A stretch of 64,000 nt of DNA. It comes from Planctomycetota bacterium. Lineage in GTDB: Bacteria; Planctomycetota; MHYJ01; WSZJ01. The notes below the pieces were generated by a model that was not told the origin of the DNA, did not search any database, and saw only the letters and a list, made by a program, of their open reading frames with translations. Of this stretch, positions 55,094 through 64,000 are shown piece after piece (within the stretch, counting starts at the first letter, position 1; every line of letters starts with the position of its first letter). Location of the stretch: assembly GCA_038060895.1 (NCBI GenBank), contig JBBTCT010000022.1, positions 192,001 to 256,000 of the forward strand. The letters are read 5' to 3'. The translations under genes were made by a program, and so were the position numbers.

Positions 55094-56458
55094 ATGCGCA
55101 TCACACTGCTGCTCCTGTTCCTGACCTCCACCGCGTTCGCCGATCGCTGGGGGGCATACGTGGAAAACCGCACGGTGTCCCCCAACGGAAAACACTACGT
55201 CGTCGCCAGAAGCCCCGAGTTCATGAAGCTCTCCTTCCAGATCTGCCGCCGCCGCGACGGTGTCGCGCCCCTTCTCCCGGCCGAGAATCCCGATCCCATC
55301 GATCGCGATTCCGAGGACAAGCTGCTGGCGGAAGGGCAGCTCGACTGGTGCCCGATTGCGATCCGGGTGCTGGACTCGGAGCCCTCGGCGGTGCTGTTCG
55401 AGAAGCACGGCGGAGTCGGGCGCGGAAACTCGCTGGCGCTGGTGGACGAGAAGGGACAGACGCGGTGGACGGTGCAGCTGGACGACCTCTTCACGGCGCA
55501 GGAGATCGAAAAGTTCATGCGCACGGTGTCGTCGATCTGGTGGTCGCAGGGGTGGTGGATTGACGAAAAGCGCGGAAAGGTCGTGGTCGTCGCGACCGGG
55601 GACGCGCTTCGCGAGGTTGACCTCAAGGACGGCAAGGTTTCGACGCCGCCGGCGAAGGTGCTGCTCCTGCGCGTGGAGGAAGGACCGGTGGCGGACCGGT
55701 GCCTGGCGCTTGAGGTGATGTCGCGGATACTGCCGGAGGGGATGACGCCGTGGGTCACGACGGTGGCGCAGGATGAGAAACAGCCGGTTGCGGTGCGGCT
55801 GCGCGCCGCGATTGCGTCGAAAAAGGCGGGTGAGGATCCGAGGGCGGGAGATCTTTTCCTGGCGGCGATCCCGAAGGGACAGCCGATCGACGAGCGGCGG
55901 TACGCAATCGGGCATCTCGGGGAGATTCTCGGTGAGAAGGCGATCCCTCACCTGCGTGAAGCGATGCGCGGGACTGCCGACGGGGCCTGGGGCTCGGCGC
56001 AGGAGGGTCTGGCGGCGTTCGGGGAGCACGCGGTGCCCGTGCTGATCGAGATGATGAAGGAAGTCAAGGAGACGCCGGACTACCGTGGAGGCGCGGCGCA
56101 CGTGCTGGCGAAGATCGGGGCGAGGTCGTCGGTGCCGGCGCTGGTCGAGACGATTTCGGACCCGGTTGAATACGTTGCGAATGCCGCGGCAAACGCGGCG
56201 ATCGCGATCGGGGCGCCGGATCTGGAGGAGAAGCTCGCCGCGATTCTGCTGAAGGGATCGACGCAGGACTCGCGCCTGGCCGGGTACTTCGAGGATCACC
56301 CGGGCGAGCGGGCGGTGGAAGCGCTCGTCGCGGCGCTAGGGCGGACGAAGCCGGATACGTACGACCGGCGGAGGGTGCTGCAAACGCTGAGGAAAATTAC
56401 GGGGAAGGATTTCGGTGAAGAGGCGGAGGATTGGAAGGCGGGGTTGAAAGGGAGGTAA
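55094..56458 (+). CDS. Secreted HEAT-repeat protein
   Basis: Signal peptide; AVP.L..., L..ITG.DFG...DW HEAT cap. Confidence 0.8.
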   Translation: MRITLLLLFLTSTAFADRWGAYVENRTVSPNGKHYVVARSPEFMKLSFQICRRRDGVAPLLPAENPDPIDRDSEDKLLAEGQLDWCPIAIRVLDSEPSAVLFEKHGGVGRGNSLALVDEKGQTRWTVQLDDLFTAQEIEKFMRTVSSIWWSQGWWIDEKRGKVVVVATGDALREVDLKDGKVSTPPAKVLLLRVEEGPVADRCLALEVMSRILPEGMTPWVTTVAQDEKQPVAVRLRAAIASKKAGEDPRAGDLFLAAIPKGQPIDERRYAIGHLGEILGEKAIPHLREAMRGTADGAWGSAQEGLAAFGEHAVPVLIEMMKEVKETPDYRGGAAHVLAKIGARSSVPALVETISDPVEYVANAAANAAIAIGAPDLEEKLAAILLKGSTQDSRLAGYFEDHPGERAVEALVAALGRTKPDTYDRRRVLQTLRKITGKDFGEEAEDWKAGLKGR

Positions 56459-56573
56459 CGACGGCGGAAGGAAGCTGTCCTCGCGGCGCCATTCCTCTCA
56501 GGGCGGTGCCATTTCCCATTCCCTCATGCCGGGTAGGAGGGAAAGGACAAGACGGGCGGCTGAATTGGCCTGG

Positions 56574-58391
56574 TTACTTCGCTCCCAACGTCCTCGCCCG
56601 AACAAGGTAAACCCAGACCTCCCGCCCCTTCGCCCCGTTCCTTGTGACCGCCGAGGCCACGAACGCTCTCCCGTCCTGCAGATGCGCGTCGCATCCCAGC
56701 GACACGACCTCGCAGGTCGGCGTCTGCACGGCGCCCCCTGTCTCGGACTCGGTCTCCAGTGCCTCCGCCATCGAGGCTTCGGCCAGACCCGACTGAAGCT
56801 TCACCTGCAGCCGTCCCTCGGTGGCCTGGAGGACGCCGGCGTGGAGAAGGAAGCCGTCGTTCAGCGAATCGATGACGGGATCCCAGGCCTTGGCGCCCCA
56901 GGCGATTTCCACGTCGTGCTCCGCGACGAAATCGGCGTGGCGGCCGCGAAGCGAATGGAAAGGACTCCCGGTGCGGCCGAGCGCGGACGACTGGGCGACG
57001 AGGCGCGCGGTCCCTTTCTGCACGAGCCCGAGGATGTCGCCGAAAAGCGCGTCGGGGAGCCCGCCCGCCCGCTCCAGGACGTCGCGGCGGGCGAGCCACT
57101 CGGACTCGGGGAACGCGAGAAGCCACGACTCGGCCGCGAGGTTCGCGCCAAGGCGCAACTCCAGGTCGGTCAGCGTGCGCCGGATCTTGTCCTGCACTTC
57201 CGGCGGCGCGTGCACGACGAGGTCGTCGCCGATGATGGCGTAGCGGCAGCCGTCTTCGCTCCAGGTTTCTTCGCCGGTGCCGGCCTTGATCCGCTCGTCC
57301 AGTTCGTCGAGGTCCAGGCAGGTCGGATCGGGACCCGGGCCACATCGGATTCCCCCTCCGTTCTCGGGCGGATCGTTCAGCCCCAGATGGGGGGGCCTGC
57401 GATCGAACCAGGGGAGGCGCAGCAGAGCGCCGATGCTGTAGGCACGGAAGACCTCCGCGTTTCCCGCCCGCTCGGCGACGGCGTCGGAAGCGCCCTCGAC
57501 GCGTGCGCGCAGGAGGACGGCCGTGGTCCAGCCCGGAGTGAAGGGGCGGTAATCGGTCGCAGCGAGGAGGAGGGTCCGGCCCGGCTGAAGCGCGACGTAG
57601 GTGCGGATTTCCGTGGAATCCATGCGCGGAAGTTCGAGGCGTCCGCCGGACGCCGCCGGGAGTTTGAAATCGGCCAGCTCGGCCAGGCGCGCGGTCTGGA
57701 TCAGGAGCTCGAGGTGCAACAGGTCCTCGCCCGCCGAAAAATGCGGCCGCATCTCCAGGACCGCACCTTCCTGAAGTTCGTCCATGATCGGGTCGGCGAT
57801 CGCAGACTGCTGCGCAATCTCGATGTCGAAATCTCTCACATAGGTCTTCCGCCGGAGCGACGACGCAACCGCGTAGCGCCCCCCGCCCCCGCGGGCGACC
57901 AGCCGGTGCGCCACCCGGCCGCGCGCCTTGTCAGCCGCCGCGGCCCGAAGCCCCGCCGCCGCCGCTTCGTCCAGCAATCCCGGCGCAAGCCCGTCCGCAA
58001 CCCCGGGCGCCAATTCCACCATCTCCATCTCCACCACGATCGTCCGCGCCGCCCGCTTTTCGAGCAGCTCGAGCGCTGCGGCAATCGACTGAAGCACTTC
58101 CGGCCCCGCCGTCACGCGCAGCGTCCCGTTGGCGTACTCGAGCGTGTCCACGCCGCTGTCCCACGCGCCGGCATTCACGGTCTGGCCGAGGAGAAGCGCG
58201 ATGCTGTCTCCGGTGCCCTCCGTCTCGGGGGCCGCGCCCACCGGGGGCTCGTAAACGACAAAGCCGATCCGCGGCCCGCGCTTTTCGGGACGAGGGTCCG
58301 TCAGGGAGCGCAGATCCCACGTGCGGCGCTCCTGCGCGGAAGCGGCCGTTGCGAAGGCGAGGACGGCGAGGATGGCGATTGAGACCCGCAT
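56574..58391 (-). CDS. Secretin-like (type II/III secretion D-type) protein with two repeats
   Basis: Signal peptide; two D.DIEIA....DP.....EG..L..R units. Confidence 0.6.
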   Translation of the reverse strand: MRVSIAILAVLAFATAASAQERRTWDLRSLTDPRPEKRGPRIGFVVYEPPVGAAPETEGTGDSIALLLGQTVNAGAWDSGVDTLEYANGTLRVTAGPEVLQSIAAALELLEKRAARTIVVEMEMVELAPGVADGLAPGLLDEAAAAGLRAAAADKARGRVAHRLVARGGGGRYAVASSLRRKTYVRDFDIEIAQQSAIADPIMDELQEGAVLEMRPHFSAGEDLLHLELLIQTARLAELADFKLPAASGGRLELPRMDSTEIRTYVALQPGRTLLLAATDYRPFTPGWTTAVLLRARVEGASDAVAERAGNAEVFRAYSIGALLRLPWFDRRPPHLGLNDPPENGGGIRCGPGPDPTCLDLDELDERIKAGTGEETWSEDGCRYAIIGDDLVVHAPPEVQDKIRRTLTDLELRLGANLAAESWLLAFPESEWLARRDVLERAGGLPDALFGDILGLVQKGTARLVAQSSALGRTGSPFHSLRGRHADFVAEHDVEIAWGAKAWDPVIDSLNDGFLLHAGVLQATEGRLQVKLQSGLAEASMAEALETESETGGAVQTPTCEVVSLGCDAHLQDGRAFVASAVTRNGAKGREVWVYLVRARTLGAK

Positions 58392-60199
58392 CAGCGCACC
58401 TCCGGAAAGCGGACCCGGATGAGGAGAAGGAGCGTTTCGGCGGGGCCTTCGCGTCGCGCCTCCGTCACCGCCGTCCACTCGCCGGCCTTGACGGTCGAGT
58501 CCGTCCGGATTTCGAGCAGGTCGATCGTGGTCCGGTGGATGTCGCCGCCGTGCTCCGCCCCGGTTCCAAATGCTGCGATTTCCGAACGCCACCCGAACTG
58601 GCCCTGGAGTTCCACCCGCGCGCGCCCGCCAGCGTCGGCCGCAAAGGGCCTCACGTCAAGCAGGAGCCCTTCGCGCAGGACGTCGTTGACCGGGTCCGTC
58701 GCCGCCGCTTCCTGCGCAATCTCGACGTCGCGGTCGCGCACGAAGAGCGACTCGGCGCCCGCGAACGCGTGGACGCGCTGGCCGGTGAGCCCGAGAGCCG
58801 TCGCGCCTGCGACCACGCGCGCACGGTCGCCCTTGCGCGCCGCCGCGAGAACGTCCGCCGCCGGGAGGTCGCCGCGCTCCCTGCCCTCGAGGGCCACCAC
58901 GACCGCGTCCACCGCGACCCGCTTCAGCCGGAGTTCGGCCATTCCCTTGAGCGCCGCTTCCGTCGCTTCCAGGATCCCCTGCGGTGCGACGGCCATGATG
59001 CGGTCGTGCCTGAAGCGCAGTTCGCGGCCTTCCACCGACCAGGCGTCCTCCCCGCCGGCCGACTGGCGGAGCAGCGCCCCGAGAGTGTCGTCGTCGAGCC
59101 CGGGATTGCGCGGGTCTTCGATGAAGATGACGCCGCCCTGCTGTTCGTCCCAGTCCGAGAGGTCCAGCCGCTGCCCGGGGAAATCCGTCACGTTCCATTG
59201 GAGGGTGCCGGCCTCGAGGAAGCGCATCTTGAGATCGTCGAGGCCCGCCGCGAGATCGCCGAGGGGCTCTTCGACGCGCTTGGCGCGGACCAGCGCCACG
59301 AGCGTCCAGCCGTTCTCGATGCCTTCGACGCCGCCGGGGACGAGCAGGACGGTGCGCCCCGAAGGGCACGGCCACGTCCCGGCCGCGAACCAGGCCGCGC
59401 GCGAGGGGAGCTGGATCTTTCCCTCGGGTTTCGCCTTCGCGTCGAATTCGAGCACCGTGCCCGGGCGGGCGCACTGGAAGCGGTACTCCAGGAGGACCGT
59501 CGCGCCGTCGGGGGCGAGCACCGGCCGCACGTCGAGCACGGTCCCATCCAGCACTTTCTGCACGAACGGGTCGGCGACCGTGGCCGCCTGCGCAATTTCG
59601 ATGTCGTAGTCCACCACCAGTTGCCGCTCGCGCACGTCGGCCGCGTGAAACCGAAGCCCCGGCGCGCCGCCCGATCGCAGCACCGCCACTGTCCGCCCGC
59701 GCGTCCCGCCCGCCGCCGCTTCCCGCAACGACTGCTCCTGCGCATCCGTCACGACGCCCGCTTCGAGCCCGGCCGTTTCAAGCACCCCCGGCGCCAGCAG
59801 CATGACCTCCGCATCCACCACCACCCGGCGCGCGCCGATCCGCGCGAGCACGTTCAGGGCCGCGACGATCTTCTCCTGGGCCTGCTTCGTCTGCTTGACC
59901 GTCATCCACCCGTCGCCGGCGATGTCGAGCGACGCGTCCCCCGCTTCCCACGACTCCGGCTCGACCATCCGCTGGATCGCCCAGGTCAGCGTCTCGGCGT
60001 CGAAGGCGGCCACTTCCTCGTACTCCTCGCCGTTCTCAACGGCCGAAGTATCCGGAATGGTTTTCAGGCTCAGCCTCGGTCCCGGCTTCGAACTGCCCGT
60101 AGCCCGGAGCGCGCGGACGTCGTGCGTGCGCGTCACAAAGCCAGAGTCCTCGGCCCAGGCAAGTCCCGCGGCGAGGAAGAGGACGGCGATCGGTCGCAT
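58391..60199 (-). CDS. Secretin-like protein with two repeats, paralog of 56574-58391
   Basis: VVDYDIEIAQAATVADP and VRDRDVEIAQEAAATDP; TGATG coupling. Confidence 0.6.
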   Translation of the reverse strand: MRPIAVLFLAAGLAWAEDSGFVTRTHDVRALRATGSSKPGPRLSLKTIPDTSAVENGEEYEEVAAFDAETLTWAIQRMVEPESWEAGDASLDIAGDGWMTVKQTKQAQEKIVAALNVLARIGARRVVVDAEVMLLAPGVLETAGLEAGVVTDAQEQSLREAAAGGTRGRTVAVLRSGGAPGLRFHAADVRERQLVVDYDIEIAQAATVADPFVQKVLDGTVLDVRPVLAPDGATVLLEYRFQCARPGTVLEFDAKAKPEGKIQLPSRAAWFAAGTWPCPSGRTVLLVPGGVEGIENGWTLVALVRAKRVEEPLGDLAAGLDDLKMRFLEAGTLQWNVTDFPGQRLDLSDWDEQQGGVIFIEDPRNPGLDDDTLGALLRQSAGGEDAWSVEGRELRFRHDRIMAVAPQGILEATEAALKGMAELRLKRVAVDAVVVALEGRERGDLPAADVLAAARKGDRARVVAGATALGLTGQRVHAFAGAESLFVRDRDVEIAQEAAATDPVNDVLREGLLLDVRPFAADAGGRARVELQGQFGWRSEIAAFGTGAEHGGDIHRTTIDLLEIRTDSTVKAGEWTAVTEARREGPAETLLLLIRVRFPEVR

Positions 60200-60528
60200 G
60201 AAGCGGTCTCCCGGGTGAATTGGCAGGGCGTCCCCCGGTGCATGAGACGGCCCGACGGGGGTGCGGGTCAAGCGCATTTCTGAAGTTCTGGGCTGGCATG
60301 GGCCGGCATGAGCTGGCGTTGGCTTAGTTCAGCAGGAAGACCAAGACCCGTACAGAGGGTGGGCTGAAACGCCAGTGACTCGGGGCCGGCCAGGGGACTA
60401 TACTCTGGTCGGGGGAGATTTTTCCGAGTGGACCGCTGCTTTGCGCTGAGATCGCTGGTGCGGGAGGGAGAAGTAATGAGCGACCTGCTCTGCGTTGGAC
60501 TTTCGAAACGCTCCGCCCCCTCTCGTGT

Positions 60529-60552
60529 GCAAGCAAGCAAGCAAGCAAGCAA
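60529..60552 (+). repeat. (GCAA)6 simple sequence repeat
   Basis: Six perfect tetranucleotide units. Confidence 0.9.
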
Positions 60553-60694
60553 GGTAACCCACCTCTCAGCGCTGTTTGCGCGCCGCCGAAAGTCGAGATG
60601 CGGAAGACCGCATGGACGCCAGATGTCGCTGTGCCTCCCAGTCTGAAGGTTTCAATGCCAAGTTTTGCCTGGTGCCTACGAGAGGAAATCGCCC

Positions 60695-62224
60695 ATGGAA
60701 CGATTTGAGGCCGCACGTCGCGCACGCGCAGTTCTGCAAAATCTGGTCATCGCGGCGGCTCCGGCTGGTCAAATCCTGAATGCCACGCTTCGCGAGTGCC
60801 TCCTCCTGACTGGGGCGCGAACCGCGCTCTTCATTGGCGCCGCCGAGGTCCCAGAGCACCTTCGAAGCGTTCCCATGACCTTCGATGGACCGGGAAAGTG
60901 GCCGCCGCTTTCACCGAAACTGCTCGAAACGGTCATGCGTACGGCGAAGCCCTGGGTTCCCGTGGCAACGCCCGCGGATGGAAATGGCACTCCACCCCAC
61001 GTCTCCGAAGTGCTGTGCCTGGGCGATCGTTTCATGGGGGTCGCAGGGTTCATGCCCTGCTCGTTGGAAACTCTCGGTGAAGCGGGGCGTGAACTGCTCA
61101 CAGAGCTCCTACAGTCCATCGCCGAAGCTCTCTCCGCGGCCGTGTACCAGACGGCAATCGCCCGATTGGAGTCGGACCTGCGGCTTGCGAGAGTTGGCAA
61201 TGCCCTCACGCCGCTACCTCTCGTCGGCGGACCGACGAAGCTGCAGTCAAAGCGGCTGGTCGGCAATTCATCCCAGATGCGCGATTTGGACGGACGGATC
61301 GATCGTGCAGCCGCCACCGATGCAACGGTCCTGATCCAGGGGGAAACAGGAACGGGGAAGGAACTTGTCGCCCAGGAAATTCACGCCCGTTCGCCGCGGC
61401 GGCGGGGCCCGTTCGTCGATCAGCACATGGGAGCCTTGCCCGACGACCTGATCGAAGCGGTCATCATGGGGTACGTCAAGGACATCCACTCGCAAGCCCA
61501 CAAAGACAAGCCCGGCCAGTTCGAGCTAGCCGACAAGGGCACCTACTTCATGGACGAGGTCGGGCTGACCACCCTGATCGTGCAGGAGAAATTTCTGCGT
61601 GTTCTCCAGGAGCGAAAGGTCCGCCGCATCGGGTCGGAAGTGTCGTTCGATTTCGACACGCGCATCATTGCGGCGAGCAATCGCGATCTGCAGGAACTCG
61701 TCCGTGAAGGAAAAATGCGTGAGGACTTTTTCTACCGGCTCAAGGTCGTGACCATTCCCATCCCCCCGCTGCGTCACCATCTCGAGGACTTGCCGGCACT
61801 GTTCGAGTATTTCACCGAGCGCCTCGCCTGCAAGTGGAGCCTGCCCGCGCTTCGCGACCACAAATTCGATTCCGCCTGGGCCGCTCTCCTCGGGGGATGG
61901 TCGTGGCCCGGAAACGTTCGGGAACTTGAAAACACCGTTGAGGAGGTCGTAACGAATTCGGGAGGCGCGCCAAAGCTCGAGGAACTGGAAAAGATCATGG
62001 ACGCGAAGCGGAATGCGGCCGGGATCGAGGAGGCAGCGTCCGGCGAGCGGATTTCGCACGCCAAGCGGATGGAGAATGCCGAAGCGAACTTCCTGCGAAG
62101 CGACCTGCGCGAGAGCAACGGCAGCGTCCGCAAGGCGGCAGAGAAGAACGGCCTCTCGGAGCCGACCATGCGAAGGAAGGCAACCCGGTATCACCTCTCG
62201 ACTTCGTCAGGCGCTCAGAAATGA
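60695..62224 (+). CDS. Sigma54-type enhancer-binding protein (GAF-like - AAA+ - Fis HTH) with a degenerate GAFTGA loop
   Basis: GETGTGKE, FMDEV, DFFYRL, WPGNVREL; the GAFTGA position reads DIHSQA. Confidence 0.88.
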   Translation: MERFEAARRARAVLQNLVIAAAPAGQILNATLRECLLLTGARTALFIGAAEVPEHLRSVPMTFDGPGKWPPLSPKLLETVMRTAKPWVPVATPADGNGTPPHVSEVLCLGDRFMGVAGFMPCSLETLGEAGRELLTELLQSIAEALSAAVYQTAIARLESDLRLARVGNALTPLPLVGGPTKLQSKRLVGNSSQMRDLDGRIDRAAATDATVLIQGETGTGKELVAQEIHARSPRRRGPFVDQHMGALPDDLIEAVIMGYVKDIHSQAHKDKPGQFELADKGTYFMDEVGLTTLIVQEKFLRVLQERKVRRIGSEVSFDFDTRIIAASNRDLQELVREGKMREDFFYRLKVVTIPIPPLRHHLEDLPALFEYFTERLACKWSLPALRDHKFDSAWAALLGGWSWPGNVRELENTVEEVVTNSGGAPKLEELEKIMDAKRNAAGIEEAASGERISHAKRMENAEANFLRSDLRESNGSVRKAAEKNGLSEPTMRRKATRYHLSTSSGAQK

Positions 62225-62381
62225 CGAAGCGCCGCTCATCTTTGACGAAACGCACTTCGTAAGTCGAAGCCCTGTGGTGCGCGAAACTTGTGTCGCGTGC
62301 CGCACCGGCCGGTTCCGTTGAATTCGTCAAGAGTGAGCGAGTGCCGGATCCTTTTCCGGATCCCGCCCCGGGGAATGTGAG

Positions 62382-62397
62382 TGGCCCGCGGCTTGCG
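62382..62397 (+). promoter_or_regulatory. Putative sigma54 -24/-12 promoter
   Basis: TGGCCCGCGGCTTGCG with exact GG-N10-GC spacing; predicted +1 near 62408. Confidence 0.65.
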
Positions 62398-62409
62398 ATA
62401 AAGATTCGC

Positions 62410-62937
62410 ATGGGAGCCTGCTGCGGCGGATGCGATGAGGGCGCGAGTTGCGCTGGCAAACAGCCTGCGGCGGTTTTGCTGCCTCCGGACCTGATCATCC
62501 CGGGACCCGACCCGGATCGCACGGGAGTGCTTGAGCTGGAAGAAGTTCCGGATGAGACGACGAGCGATGAATCGGTCCCGCTGATCACGAAGTCGCTCGG
62601 CCCCACCCGGCCAGTCGCACTTAACACCCGTCTCGTCCTCACGGACGGCGGAACGACTGTCAGCGAAGCGCTGCACGTCCGGGGTTGCAACTCGGGTAGC
62701 GTCGACCTTGTCGTCTTCCTTCTGAATTCGATCTCGACCATAGACGCGGTCCTGGAGGGCGGAATCGACGGAGAAAACTACCGCCGGATTTCCTCGACGC
62801 GATTCAGCGCAGCCGGGTTTGCGAGGTTCCGATTTCGCCGGGTGGGTTACCGCTTTCTCCGAGTGTATTACAGCGCTTCCGGCTCGGCCGGTGGCGTCGC
62901 TGTCCTGACCACAACGATCAACGGTTCATCCAACTGA
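62410..62937 (+). CDS. Hypothetical beta-rich, phage-like protein
   Basis: Cys-rich start; LEGGIDGENY motif. Confidence 0.6.
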   Translation: MGACCGGCDEGASCAGKQPAAVLLPPDLIIPGPDPDRTGVLELEEVPDETTSDESVPLITKSLGPTRPVALNTRLVLTDGGTTVSEALHVRGCNSGSVDLVVFLLNSISTIDAVLEGGIDGENYRRISSTRFSAAGFARFRFRRVGYRFLRVYYSASGSAGGVAVLTTTINGSSN

Positions 62938-62956
62938 CCCCCAAAGGAGGACGTTC

Positions 62957-63280
62957 ATGGCCTATGCCAAGCTCTTTACAAACTTGTCCGTCGTCAACGG
63001 AGTTTCGCAGTACTCGCAACCGTTCAGTATGGCGGGGAACAACGCGTTCCGGTTCGGAGTGACGGTCTTCAGCAACTCCGCGACGAGTCTGACCTGTACG
63101 CCCCAAGGTTCCATCGACGGACAAAACTGGCGGGACCTCACCGCCGCAACCGGGCTCGTCGTCGGGTGGGCCTCGTTCACGCAAGGGAGCATCACCGACC
63201 TGATGGTGAGACTCGTCTGCACGGTCGTAGGAACCGGGACGATCGTCCTGGCCGCTGATGTGTACACGAGCCAGCAGTAG
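62957..63280 (+). CDS. Hypothetical beta-rich, phage-like protein
   Basis: RBS AAGGAGG; QGSIDGQNW motif. Confidence 0.75.
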   Translation: MAYAKLFTNLSVVNGVSQYSQPFSMAGNNAFRFGVTVFSNSATSLTCTPQGSIDGQNWRDLTAATGLVVGWASFTQGSITDLMVRLVCTVVGTGTIVLAADVYTSQQ

Positions 63281-63400
63281 GAACACGAAGAGTCGGAGCA
63301 GTCGCAACCCTCGGACCAGTCGGGGCGGAGGAGAGCCGTCGTCCGGCTCTCTTCCGTCCGGCTTCCGAAATAAAAACATCGTCGTTACAAAGAGGTCGAA

Positions 63401-63967
63401 ATGCCCGAACTTCCGCTGACCTACGTCTACGAGCCGCCGAACTGGCTTGCGCGCGCGAACGCCTACGGCTCCTGCGTCGGCGGCCGGAGATTCTCCGTCG
63501 CGCATCAGACACCCGGGACGACCGTGACGGGGCAGACCTCCTTCGTGGCCACGACTCCCACGTTCCTGATCAACCAGGCGAGCGCCGCGCACCGCGTCGT
63601 GCTCTCGAACTTCGCGCTCTGCCAGATCGGGACGCCCGCGGGAGGGACGATCCACGTGGCGCTGGCGATCGACTCGTCGGATCGATACTCCTCAGGAGGG
63701 ACGTCGATCACCCCGCAGGCGACCGCGATGCCCAGTGCGCTCACCGCGGGCTTCAGTTTCCGGTTCAACCCGACCGCCGCCGCCGCCAGCGCCGTCCGGA
63801 TCCTGAACGAGTGGACCCAGCCCGCGTGGGCCGGTTCGATTTTCAATCCCGACCTGCATGACGGCGTCCTGATCGGATACACGGGTTCGATTCTGATCTA
63901 TACGTGGGCGGCCACGACGGCGCCGACGTGGATCATCGGCGGCTTCGACGTCCTGGAGGACGAGTAG
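63401..63967 (+). CDS. Hypothetical Thr/Ala-rich, phage-structural-like protein
   Basis: RBS AGAGG; beta-rich composition; the next ORF starts at 63969 and leaves the window. Confidence 0.7.
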   Translation: MPELPLTYVYEPPNWLARANAYGSCVGGRRFSVAHQTPGTTVTGQTSFVATTPTFLINQASAAHRVVLSNFALCQIGTPAGGTIHVALAIDSSDRYSSGGTSITPQATAMPSALTAGFSFRFNPTAAAASAVRILNEWTQPAWAGSIFNPDLHDGVLIGYTGSILIYTWAATTAPTWIIGGFDVLEDE

Positions 63968-64000
63968 GATGCCGACGATCCGAGACCTGAGCCAGGGCGG

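Overview
GC-rich bacterial DNA whose gene content (Ser/Thr kinase-FGE fusions, tandem secretin-like proteins, HEAT and carboxypeptidase-regulatory-like exported proteins) suggests a Planctomycetota-like organism; this is inference. The main feature is a minus-strand array of 34 tRNA or tRNA-like genes (3135-7316), folded by hand. It covers all 20 amino acids and none encodes CCA. The array is systematically non-canonical: 10 tRNAs have C33, 5 have a covarying A18/G55 swap, both Leu tRNAs lack the long variable arm, tRNA-His(GTG) lacks G-1, and one G-1:C73 tRNA has an enlarged anticodon arm. Seven long, mutually different hairpins abut tRNA ends, and a candidate leader-peptide attenuator follows the first tRNA. 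The rest of the window holds a GbsR/MBOAT membrane operon, two convergent STAND-derived TPR paralogs, rimO, a three-gene pnt transhydrogenase operon, a divergent PP2C/kinase pair, a DUF2075 helicase, TA genes, several deletion remnants, an HTH-GspE fusion with phased repeats, SDR plus QueA-like genes and two double-secretin-like genes. At the right edge, a sigma54 activator with a degenerate GAFTGA loop precedes a -24/-12 promoter and phage-like small genes. Protein calls come from motif recognition only; no searches were run.
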